DNA of 64,000 bases, taken from positions 515-64,514 of the forward strand of contig MFFY01000061.1 in assembly GCA_001778055.1 (NCBI GenBank), written 5' to 3'. Below, one piece after another: positions 34,460-44,898 of this stretch; position 1 is the first letter of the stretch, and every line of letters starts with the position of its first letter. The DNA comes from Candidatus Falkowbacteria bacterium RIFCSPLOWO2_12_FULL_45_13. GTDB lineage: Bacteria; Patescibacteriota; Patescibacteriia; Patescibacteriales; GWC2-42-12. Made by a program: the position numbers and the translations under genes. The notes under the pieces were generated by a model. The model saw only the letters and a list, made by a program, of their open reading frames with translations, was not told where the DNA came from and did not search any database.

Positions 34460-35164
34460 TTATTTGTCTTCTTTCTTTTGTCCCTCGGCTTTGCCTTCCA
34501 AAATCGCCTCTTTGATCAAGTCCATCACCAGTTTAATGCCCTTGGTCGCGTCATCGTTGGCCGGGATTACGAATTTCACCCCCTCCGGGTTAACGTTGGT
34601 GTCGCAGACCGCCACCACCGGAATTTTTTTCTGAATGGCTTCGGTAAAAGCGGTTTTTTCCTTTTTTATGTCCCAAATAAAAATTACATCCGGCGCCTTG
34701 ATTAAGCTAACCAGGCCGCCAACGTTGGTTTCCAGTTTGGCGATTAAGCGATCAAAATCCAGCCTTTCTTTTTTAGTGTATTTATCCAATTTCCCGCTCT
34801 GTCTTTTTTCCACCAAGTCTTTAAATTTTCTGACCAGATTTCTGATCACGGCGAAGTTGGTTAACAGCCCGCCCAGCCATCTTTCCGACACATAAGGCAT
34901 GCCTGCTTCCTCGGCGATTTTTTTCAGCGTGTTTTTGACTTGCATCTTTGTTCCCACCAATAAAATCGCCTTGCCTTCTTGGGCTTGTTTTTTTAAATAA
35001 TCTAAAGCGGCGCCCAGCAGATTTTGAGTTTTTCTAAGATCAATGATATGAATGCCCTTTCTTGAACCAAAAATAAAAGGCTCCATTTTCGGATGCCATT
35101 TTGAAGTGCGATGCCCAAAATGCATTCCAGCTTTAAGCATCTCTTCGATTGAAGGTAAGGTCAT
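34460..35164 (-). CDS. rpsB: 30S ribosomal protein S2
   Basis: 234 aa. MLKAGMHFGHRTSKWHPKM, GIHIIDL, LLVGTK and VVAVCDTNVNP motifs. Confidence 0.95.
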   Translation of the reverse strand: MTLPSIEEMLKAGMHFGHRTSKWHPKMEPFIFGSRKGIHIIDLRKTQNLLGAALDYLKKQAQEGKAILLVGTKMQVKNTLKKIAEEAGMPYVSERWLGGLLTNFAVIRNLVRKFKDLVEKRQSGKLDKYTKKERLDFDRLIAKLETNVGGLVSLIKAPDVIFIWDIKKEKTAFTEAIQKKIPVVAVCDTNVNPEGVKFVIPANDDATKGIKLVMDLIKEAILEGKAEGQKKEDK

Positions 35165-35182
35165 AATTGTTTTCCTTTTCTC

Positions 35183-35397
35183 CAGCCCCAGTTTTTATGG
35201 ATAAACGAAAAGCTTAAAACTAATCAACGACGACTCAAACTCAAAATATGGTCAATTTTTCCACGAAAACTGGAGCTGGGTTAGCCTCTACTCCGAATCG
35301 TCCAGACCCAGTTTCCGCGAATAATAATCGAGAACTGTCTGATCGGCAGTTTCCATATATTCAATAATAGCAAATTATTTTTGGAAACTGGGGCTGG
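35183..35397 (-). promoter_or_regulatory. Candidate rpsB 5' leader: five copies of a 13-15 bp motif (GGAAACTGGRGCTGG) in alternating orientation, predicted to form long hairpins
   Basis: Motif copies at about 35183-97 (rc), 35265-80 (+), 35303-17 (rc), 35345-57 (rc, partial) and 35383-97 (+), immediately upstream of the rpsB start. Confidence 0.4.
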
Positions 35398-35709
35398 ACA
35401 AGGAAATTTAATGGAGTATGAGAGATTAATTTAATAAAAATTTATTCCCACCTGCTGGCAAACAAATACCTTTAGCAGGTTATTTTAACCACAAAAATAG
35501 ACTATAATATTATTTAGGGTTTGTCAACCTCAAAAACGAAAATTCCTTAGCCGCTTTGTCTGACGACAGCACCTCAAATTTTCATCCTGTTAACAGGAGT
35601 TTAATTCTCCTAAAAGCCCATCTTGGTATTTTTCGTTACGGGATTTAAAAAAGCCCGACAAACTCCGAATAATCGGCTGTCGAGCTTAGACGGAAAGGGA
35701 GGATTCCTC

Positions 35710-35961
35710 TTATTCTCCCTCTCCTTGCAGGTATTCGTAGGTGTACCCGACAATGGTACTCACTTTCCACCCGTGCCGGGGAGCAAAACGTTTCGGAATA
35801 GGTCTCCCGATGCGTACCGCGATTTGCCCAAAGAGCTGGTCAGCCTCCCCCTTTTTAAGCTCCGTGCTGTCATTGACATTTGTAATGAGCCACCCTCTGG
35901 ACTCTGCCACCATGCTCTGCACGAGCATCCGAATACGTCCTTTCGTAATGGCGTTATTCAT
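35710..35961 (-). CDS. Hypothetical small protein (83 aa)
   Basis: ORF with an AGGAAAG-like ribosome-binding site. Locally elevated GC. No recognisable family. Confidence 0.25.
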   Translation of the reverse strand: MNNAITKGRIRMLVQSMVAESRGWLITNVNDSTELKKGEADQLFGQIAVRIGRPIPKRFAPRHGWKVSTIVGYTYEYLQGEGE

Positions 35962-36096
35962 TTCTTTCCTTTCTCGTTTGTTCTTCGCGCCATTGCGGAG
36001 AAACCTTGATTTAAATGATATGTTTTATTCGTCTTTTTGTCAACATCTTTTTGTCAACTCTTGCCAAAAATAATTTTATATGTTAAGGTAAAATCT

Positions 36097-36624
36097 GACA
36101 AATAAAACAAGGCTTGTGAATTTCATCAAGGAAAATTCGCTTACCGGGCGGTACTGGCGCGAAGCCATGTCATTAAAAGACTATACCTCGTTCAAATTAT
36201 TTTAAGGGAGGTAGACATGCTCCCCATGCTTTCCGGTAAGCGTCGATCTTTTTAAGCTTGGGTCTGGTTTTGGCGGAACGGTAGACGCACGGACATAGTC
36301 CGGTATGCCACAAGTTGGATTTAACGACATGTCAAGCCCGCATAGCTTGTGCCATTGTGGGTTCAACTCCCATAAGCTAGACCAATTTGGGCCAACGGAT
36401 GACTTTCGAATTTACTGCTAGGGGGTAGCGACCATCCCCGGACAAAACGCATAGTCAGATCCGATCTGACTCCCAAGGGTTCATACCCCAAGGGATATGC
36501 GCGGGTAAATCCGATTGTCTATCCGCTGGCCCCTAATTTGTGAGCATTGATTGCCGATCCTCCCGTCCACGCCCTGACAAAGTGGCCGACAGAAAAGGAC
36601 ATGGCAGGCTGACTCAATGCTCAC
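36097..36624 (+). ncRNA. Candidate structured ncRNA region (about 540 bp, no ORFs, GC-rich): an internal tRNA-like T-arm/acceptor ending ...GTGGGTTCAACTCCCATAAGCTAGACCA at 36384, a preceding tRNA-Leu-like D-arm GGCGGAACGGTAGACGC, and a closed 85-nt hairpin domain at 36540-36624. Identity unresolved (tmRNA, RNase P RNA or other)
   Basis: A putative promoter (TTGCCA, 17 nt spacer, TATATG) lies at about 36060-36095. T-loop TTCAACT with 3' ...ACCA. Terminal 11-bp inverted repeat gtgagcattga / tcaatgctcac. I could not pair a canonical 5' acceptor strand by eye. Confidence 0.3.
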
Positions 36625-36761
36625 TTCCTTAATTAAGCTCACAAGCCGTAAAAAAAATTCACCAAAAATTATTTCGCAGTTTCGCGTATTTAATCGTTAC
36701 ATTATTCGCATATTCACGGCATTCGCTGTATTCGCTTTAAATTCGTTATTTATTCGTATTT

Positions 36762-37052
36762 ATGAAAAAAGATATTCATCCAAAATATTACCCCCAGGCT
36801 AAAGTAACCTGCGCCTGCGGCAACGCTTTTATTACCGGCTCAACCCTGCCGGAACTTAAAGTGGAAATCTGTTCCGCTTGCCATCCTTTTTATACCGGCA
36901 AACAAAAACTGATCGACAGCGCCCGCAGGGTAGAAAAATTTCAGGCCAAAGTTGAAGCCAAAAACAAAAATCTGGCCGTGCATAAGAATAAAAAGGCTAA
37001 ACGGGTGGCCAAAACCAAAGCCAAGGCGGCCAAAAAAACCGAAAAAAAGTAA
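36762..37052 (+). CDS. rpmE: 50S ribosomal protein L31 (with Lys-rich C-terminal extension)
   Basis: 96 aa. MKKDIHPKY, CxCG...[10 protein letters not shown] zinc-ribbon pattern. Confidence 0.9.
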   Translation: MKKDIHPKYYPQAKVTCACGNAFITGSTLPELKVEICSACHPFYTGKQKLIDSARRVEKFQAKVEAKNKNLAVHKNKKAKRVAKTKAKAAKKTEKK

Positions 37053-37156
37053 CCATCTTAAACGGTTATTCTTTTGATTATGCTATAATATGATTATGGC
37101 GTAATTAAGAGAATAACCGTTTTATTATAACGTAAAATTTCAATTTTAATTTTTTT

Positions 37157-38191
37157 ATGTACGAAGATATTAAAAAAAAATTCAGCGACTTAGAAACCGA
37201 GCTTCAAAATCCAGCCGTCATTTCCGACCCCAAAAAGCTGAAAACAATTTCAAAGCAGCATAGCGAACTCAAGTCTGCCATTGAGCTGATTTTAGAGTTA
37301 GAAAAGAACCAGACTCAACTGGAGCAAAATGAGGCGCTGGTGGAGAATGAATCCGACCGGGAATTGGTAAAAATCGCCAAAGACGAACTCCCGGAGTTAA
37401 AACGGCAAATCGATGAAGTAAAAAACAAGATAGAAGCTGAATTGCATCCGGCCGATCCCAATGATAAAAAAAATGTCATCATGGAAATCAGGGCGGGCGC
37501 GGGCGGCGACGAATCGTCTCTATTTACCGCCGAGCTGTTCCGTCTTTACGCGCGCTACGCCGAAAGGCGCGGCGCCAAAGTGGAAATTCTAAACTCCAAC
37601 CGCATCGGCATTGGCGGTTATAAAGAAATTATCTTCTCGGTGAGCGGAAAAAACGTTTACGGCGATTTAAAATACGAAGCGGGAACTCATCGGGTGCAGA
37701 GAGTGCCGGAAACCGAAAAAACCGGGCGCGTGCATACCAGCACCGTGACCGTGGCGGTCATGCCCGAAGCCGAAGAGATCGATCTGGCGATAAAGCCTCA
37801 AGACATAAAAGTTGACGCTTACTGCTCTTCCGGGCCGGGCGGCCAAAGCGTCAATACCACTTACTCGGCCATCAGGATAACCCATCTGCCGACCGGCCTG
37901 GTGGTAACCTGCCAAAACGAAAAATCCCAGCACCAAAACAAAGAACAGGCCATGCAAATCCTGCGTTCCCGGCTTTTGGCCAGGCTGGAAGACGAAAAAC
38001 GCGCCAAAGAATCGGCCGAAAGAAAACAGCAAATCGGCTCCGGCGACAGAAGCGAAAAAATCCGGACTTATAATTTCTCCCAAGACCGAGTAACCGACCA
38101 CCGCATTAAACGGAATTGGCATGGCATCTCAAGAATTATGGATGGCGATATCGGGGAAATAATCGCGGCGCTTAAAAATACGACGAAATAA
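37157..38191 (+). CDS. prfA: Peptide chain release factor 1
   Basis: 344 aa. GGQ motif [14 protein letters not shown]1-type PxT tripeptide context [17 protein letters not shown]. Confidence 0.95.
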   Translation: MYEDIKKKFSDLETELQNPAVISDPKKLKTISKQHSELKSAIELILELEKNQTQLEQNEALVENESDRELVKIAKDELPELKRQIDEVKNKIEAELHPADPNDKKNVIMEIRAGAGGDESSLFTAELFRLYARYAERRGAKVEILNSNRIGIGGYKEIIFSVSGKNVYGDLKYEAGTHRVQRVPETEKTGRVHTSTVTVAVMPEAEEIDLAIKPQDIKVDAYCSSGPGGQSVNTTYSAIRITHLPTGLVVTCQNEKSQHQNKEQAMQILRSRLLARLEDEKRAKESAERKQQIGSGDRSEKIRTYNFSQDRVTDHRIKRNWHGISRIMDGDIGEIIAALKNTTK

Positions 38192-38195
38192 GCTT

Positions 38196-39248
38196 ATGAC
38201 CATCAGCCAGACTCTTAAATTTGCCACGGACAAATTAAGCGCCAAGAAAATAAAACTTCCGCTCCTTGAGGCGGAAATCTTATTATCCAGCATTTTAAAA
38301 AAACCGCGCGAGTTCCTTTTGACGCACCCCGAATATAATCTGACAGCCGAGCAAGTTTCCCGGTCTAAGTTTCAAATTTCCTGCCGTCTTAAAGGCGCGC
38401 CCATAGCCTATCTGACCGGCCATAAGGAATTCTACGGGCTGAATTTTAAGGTCAATAAAAACGTCTTAATCCCCCGCCCGGAAACGGAATTAATGGTTAA
38501 TGAAGCGCTCAAACTAATAATGCGCGACCCGCTACCCATGACACTCCTTGACATAGGCACTGGCTCGGGGTGCATTATTATTAGTTTAGTTAAAAATATA
38601 ATTTCCAAATTTCCTTCGCCAGCCGACGTATCAAATTTTGAATTTTTAGCCACAGACATCTCAAAATCAACTTTATCCATCGCCAAACAAAATGCCAAAC
38701 TACATGGTCTCAACAAAATAAAATTCATCCACGCTGATCTATTAAGTCCGTCGGTTAAATCGAAAATCGAAAATCTTCGCCAGAGGCGCCCTGCCCGCCG
38801 GCAGGCAGGGATCTCCGCCCAAGGCGGACCAGCCTCTGGCTGGCGCGACAAACTCTGGCGGAGAAAATCGAAAATCTTTTTGGCTAATCTGCCCTACGGC
38901 TGGAAAGCCTGGAAAAATAATTGCTCCCTGGACACGATTGGCCTGAAATTTGAGCCCGAGCAGGCGCTTTTTACCGGCGAAAACGGCTTGGAGCTCTATA
39001 AAAAATTGTTTAGACAAATAAAAAATTTAGCCATCCAACCTGCCGCCTGTCATATATTATGCGAATTTGACCCGCGGCAAACCGCGAAGATCAAACAGCT
39101 CATCAAACAAGAACTGCCTTGGGCCGAATGCCAAATAAAAAAAGACCTGGCCGGCCTTAATCGCTTGGCAATTGTAAGATACTGCCGCCGAATGCCGCAT
39201 TCGGCGGCAGTCCCATCACCACTTCCGCTTAACAATCACAACCAATAA
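38196..39248 (+). CDS. prmC: Release factor glutamine N5-methyltransferase PrmC (HemK) with an in-frame insertion of about 45 aa
   Basis: 350 aa. SAM-binding LLDIGTGSGCI and catalytic NLPY (NPPY variant). Conserved prfA-prmC order. The extra segment SVKSKIENLRQRRPARRQAGISAQGGPASGWRDKLWRRKSKIF is encoded by a palindromic element. Confidence 0.85.
   Translation: MTISQTLKFATDKLSAKKIKLPLLEAEILLSSILKKPREFLLTHPEYNLTAEQVSRSKFQISCRLKGAPIAYLTGHKEFYGLNFKVNKNVLIPRPETELMVNEALKLIMRDPLPMTLLDIGTGSGCIIISLVKNIISKFPSPADVSNFEFLATDISKSTLSIAKQNAKLHGLNKIKFIHADLLSPSVKSKIENLRQRRPARRQAGISAQGGPASGWRDKLWRRKSKIFLANLPYGWKAWKNNCSLDTIGLKFEPEQALFTGENGLELYKKLFRQIKNLAIQPAACHILCEFDPRQTAKIKQLIKQELPWAECQIKKDLAGLNRLAIVRYCRRMPHSAAVPSPLPLNNHNQ
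38757..38876. repeat. In-frame palindromic insertion element inside prmC (AT-rich arms aaatcgaaaatc..., GC-rich palindromic core)
   Basis: Arms cgaaaatcttcgccagag / ctctggcggagaaaatcg flank the core ccctgcccgccggcaggcaggg. The arm motif resembles the tRNA-Ala flanks at 24262-24395. Confidence 0.65.
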
Positions 39249-39325
39249 TAAAACAGCCTCAACTATTATAAGGCTGTTTTATTTAGCGGAGGTTATGCGC
39301 TCTGGCAAACGCTTCCGCGGCGGAA

Positions 39326-40030
39326 TTACTTTTTCTTCTCTGGCGTTTTGGTTTCGCCGCCCGCCTGGTCTTTGGTGTCCTTAGCGGGCGCGCCGGCATC
39401 TTTCCCGGAGCTTAGCGCGCCGGTCTCGCCTTCGACGGGCGCGGCCTCGGCCGGCTTGGGAGCTTCCGTCTCGATCTTGGTCTCGATCACGCCGACCACG
39501 GCTTCATCGGTGGAGCTGCCCAACTCCAAGCCCTGGGGCAAAACTAAATCATGCAGTCTGATAAATTGATTAAAATTATCTAATTTGGAAATATCAACTT
39601 CAATCTGGCTGGCTAAATCTCCGGGCAAGCAGGTAATCTTAACCGTGTCCATGTTTTTCACCAATGTCCCGCCTAAATCTTTAACCGCTTTGGATTCGCC
39701 GACAAAATGCAAAGGAATTTCAGTGGAAATTTTTTTGGCCATGTCCACCCGATAAAAATCAATATGAATAATATTGTTAGTCAGGCCGTCCCGCTCTATA
39801 TCCTTAATGATAACTTTGGCCGCCTTATCCTGACCAATAATCAAATCAATTAAATTAAACTCGCCAGCTATCTGAAAAGCTTTTTCAAAATCATGTTTTT
39901 TTACTTTTACGCTAATATTTGGCGCTTTGGAGCCGTATATCACCGCCGGAATAAAACCGGTCTTTCTAATGGCTTTGGCTTTGCCGTCAACATCGGCTTT
40001 AGGCTGAGCCTGCAATTGGACTTTAGTCAT
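39326..40030 (-). CDS. rplY: 50S ribosomal protein L25 / general stress protein Ctc
   Basis: 234 aa. N-terminal L25 fold KTGFIPAVIYG, second beta-barrel domain, and acidic/Ala-Pro-rich tail, typical of the Ctc form. Confidence 0.85.
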   Translation of the reverse strand: MTKVQLQAQPKADVDGKAKAIRKTGFIPAVIYGSKAPNISVKVKKHDFEKAFQIAGEFNLIDLIIGQDKAAKVIIKDIERDGLTNNIIHIDFYRVDMAKKISTEIPLHFVGESKAVKDLGGTLVKNMDTVKITCLPGDLASQIEVDISKLDNFNQFIRLHDLVLPQGLELGSSTDEAVVGVIETKIETEAPKPAEAAPVEGETGALSSGKDAGAPAKDTKDQAGGETKTPEKKK

Positions 40031-40183
40031 AAATTTAATGCGAATCCGCGAATAAATGCGAATGCTGCGAATATTATTAGCGGCATTCGCATACTAAATT
40101 CGCGACACTAGCATTATATTGTAAATATTTTTATAAAATTAAATTAATCTTAGCTAAAATTATTAACCGAGCAAGCCTGTACT

Positions 40184-41311
40184 TTAGTAATTTATTTTAG
40201 ATTTTATGATAATATTCTCCATCACGCCCACCAGCATCAGGCTGGAAATCAGGCCGCTGCCGCCATAACTCAAAAAAGGCAGGGAAATGCCGATTACCGG
40301 CAGGATGCCAAGATTCATACCTATATTAATAAACATTTCGGTAAAAATCAAGCTGACCGAGCCTAAAATGAAAAAAATGCCGAAATCATTATTGATTCTT
40401 TTTAAATAATAAAGGGCCCGATAAAAGAATATACCAAAAAATAACAGAACCAGCAAGACTCCGGTAAAACCCAATTCTTCGGCCACCACGGCAAAAATAA
40501 AATCGGTTTGGGCTTCGGGCAAGAACTTCAACTGCGATTGCGAGCCGAAGCCAATGCCGCGTCCTACCCAACGGCCGGCGCCGACGGCGATAATCGCCTG
40601 CGAAATATTATAACCCTGGGCCAAAGCGTTAAATGACGGATTTAAAAAAGTATTGATTCTTTGCTTTTGGTAATCGCGAAAAATAAAATACCAGGAACCG
40701 GCGAAAGTAACCGCAATGGCCAGAAAAATGATAATAAAATATTTTTTATCAAAGCCGACCAGCGCGACCATCGTCAGCCAAAGCAAAAATAAAACAAAGG
40801 CTGAACCGAAATCCGGCTGCGCCAGAACTAGCAAAATAAATATGGCCGCTCCGCCGCCGGAAATTACCAGATGCTTCAGTTCTTTAGCTTTCAACGAAAC
40901 GGAAGAAAAGTATTTAGCTAAAAATAAAATTAATATAAATTTTACAAATTCAACCGGCTGAAGGTTGAGGCCGGCCAGAGCATACCAGGCTTTCGCCCCT
41001 CTGACGGTCTGGCCAAAAATCAAAACTCCAACCAATAAAATCAAGCCAAGCATATAAAAATATTTGCTGTAGCTCCTTAGGCTGTGATAATCAAAGGCGG
41101 CCAATAAAAAAAGCAAAATAATCCCTAAAATAATAAAAACAATTTGTTTTTTAAAATTTAACAGATCCAGTTGGGAGCGGCCGAGCGCCACGCTGTAAAT
41201 TTCCGCCAAACCAAAACAGACCAATAAAACCACCGGCGTAAAAAGAATCCAATCAAAATTTTTTAGATATATTATCAGCCTATTAAACATCGATTTTATA
41301 TCAAATCTCAA
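40184..41311 (-). CDS. SEDS-family peptidoglycan glycosyltransferase (FtsW/RodA)
   Basis: 375 aa, 10-TM topology, with conserved SEDS segments (QPDFGSA, GFTGV, LPFLSYGGS). Confidence 0.85.
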   Translation of the reverse strand: MRFDIKSMFNRLIIYLKNFDWILFTPVVLLVCFGLAEIYSVALGRSQLDLLNFKKQIVFIILGIILLFLLAAFDYHSLRSYSKYFYMLGLILLVGVLIFGQTVRGAKAWYALAGLNLQPVEFVKFILILFLAKYFSSVSLKAKELKHLVISGGGAAIFILLVLAQPDFGSAFVLFLLWLTMVALVGFDKKYFIIIFLAIAVTFAGSWYFIFRDYQKQRINTFLNPSFNALAQGYNISQAIIAVGAGRWVGRGIGFGSQSQLKFLPEAQTDFIFAVVAEELGFTGVLLVLLFFGIFFYRALYYLKRINNDFGIFFILGSVSLIFTEMFINIGMNLGILPVIGISLPFLSYGGSGLISSLMLVGVMENIIIKSKINY

Positions 41312-41390
41312 AACGCAAATCTCAAATCTATAATTTAAAACTCAAAACTATTATCAAATTTAATGATTTGAACTACAGTTTTGAGTTTTT

Positions 41391-41418
41391 CCGCCGGAGG
41401 CGGATCCGCCTCCGGCGG
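41391..41418. repeat. Perfect 28-bp palindrome (ccgccggaggcggatccgcctccggcgg) nested in a longer AT-rich inverted repeat (aaaactcaaaact / agttttgagtttt)
   Basis: Intercistronic, between a hypothetical gene and the ftsW/rodA-family gene. Contains a BamHI-like ggatcc core. Confidence 0.8.
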
Positions 41419-41479
41419 AGACATTTGAGTTTTGAGATACTAAAACGAGATATTGAAATAGCTTTTCTATAACACTATA

Positions 41480-42445
41480 TTATTTTTCTTGTCCTATACC
41501 ACCTTCATACTTAATGTAAATATCATCTCTCATGATATCAATCTCCGGAATTATTTCAAATTTGTCAACCCGGCCGATATTCCCCGGCCAGCTTAAGGAA
41601 ATGGGCCTTTCCTCCCCTGACATAAAATCATTCAAAGTATAATAGTTAATGTTGGCCAGATTATCGCCGTTATAAAGCAAGATAGAAAAACCCGCCTCCC
41701 AATAATTAAAAGCCGTATGATTAATTACCTTAAAATCCAGCCGATTTAAATTTAATTTTTCAGACAACTGGCTGGCGTTCGGCGGCGTAAAATTAATCTC
41801 CGCGCTTTCAATGTCTAAATGGCTCCTATAATAGGCATTCCAATCTGGAAATTTATGCCGGTCAATCCTCTGCCATTGGATATTTTCTATGACCAGGCTG
41901 GCGGCGGCCGGCTCGACGGTAAAGTCTCGGGCTAAAGCCATAAGATACTTAGCCTCCATGGGCAGTATAAAGCCGCTGGCATTCGGCAACGCCTGCCCGT
42001 CGGCCATAAAATAATAATCAAACTTCGCCCACCATTTCGGATTAAAATTTCTTAATTGGACGTAAAAATCATATTTCTTATCGGCTGACTTTAGTATGCC
42101 AACCGGAGTCACGGCTAACGGCTTGGCGCCGACCTGCAAAACATAGTCATGGCCAAGGCTGCCGGCTTCAACTAATTGTTTAACCAGCAGCCGATCTTCG
42201 TCCAGACCGCGGACCAGATAATCGGCGAAACCATAAATAGAGTAAGCCAGGGAAACCGCGCCGACCAAAATCAATAAGCCATTTAAAATGTTTCTTAAAA
42301 ACTGTTTATGCTCAACATACCAGAGGCCGGCCTCCAACTGTTTGGTGGTCAGGCCTTCGGGCCCGGCATAATTTTTCACTCTGGCTTCTATAATTTGATC
42401 TTTGGCTGGGCTGTTCTCTTGATTAAGTTGTTGGCTGTTTTCCAT
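41480..42445 (-). CDS. Hypothetical membrane-anchored protein
   Basis: 321 aa. Single N-terminal TM (ILNGLLILVGAVSLAYSIYGF), large extracytoplasmic domain, no known motifs. Confidence 0.5.
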   Translation of the reverse strand: MENSQQLNQENSPAKDQIIEARVKNYAGPEGLTTKQLEAGLWYVEHKQFLRNILNGLLILVGAVSLAYSIYGFADYLVRGLDEDRLLVKQLVEAGSLGHDYVLQVGAKPLAVTPVGILKSADKKYDFYVQLRNFNPKWWAKFDYYFMADGQALPNASGFILPMEAKYLMALARDFTVEPAAASLVIENIQWQRIDRHKFPDWNAYYRSHLDIESAEINFTPPNASQLSEKLNLNRLDFKVINHTAFNYWEAGFSILLYNGDNLANINYYTLNDFMSGEERPISLSWPGNIGRVDKFEIIPEIDIMRDDIYIKYEGGIGQEK

Positions 42446-42737
42446 GCTATTATTTTAACATAATTTGCCCCCTTGATAAAGGGGGCCGGGGGCAAAAATA
42501 CGAGCGCCCAGGCAACCCCTTGAATAACTGTTGAGATTTAACCTCCACATGTAGGTTAAATCTCTTATTTTTTTCACCCATCTCCCTTGCCGTTTCCGCT
42601 TTTTTTTGCTAAAATTTAAGTATAAAAATGAGCTAATTTAGATGTTTTTATTTTAAAATATTTAGGCTAAAATTAAATAAAAAAATACACAAATTATACA
42701 CGCCAATCAATTCGTCGTATTCGCACATAATTTGTAG

Positions 42738-44804
<2,067 letters not shown>

Positions 44805-44898
44805 AAACACAAATTAAACACCAATAAAATATCGAAAATTAACACAAATTATGAAGGCGAGGAAACGTTTCCTCGCCTTCATTTTGTTTTCTTGTTTT

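Noticed and set aside
36265-36384. Calling this segment a canonical tRNA (Leu-like) or the 3' tRNA-like domain of tmRNA
   Set aside because: The T-arm and ACCA end are convincing, but the anticodon-arm position is a 3-nt-loop hairpin, there are 5 nt between the acceptor and D stem, and no matching 5' acceptor strand (CTAGCTT-like) was found within 400 nt. It is kept only as an unresolved structured-RNA candidate.
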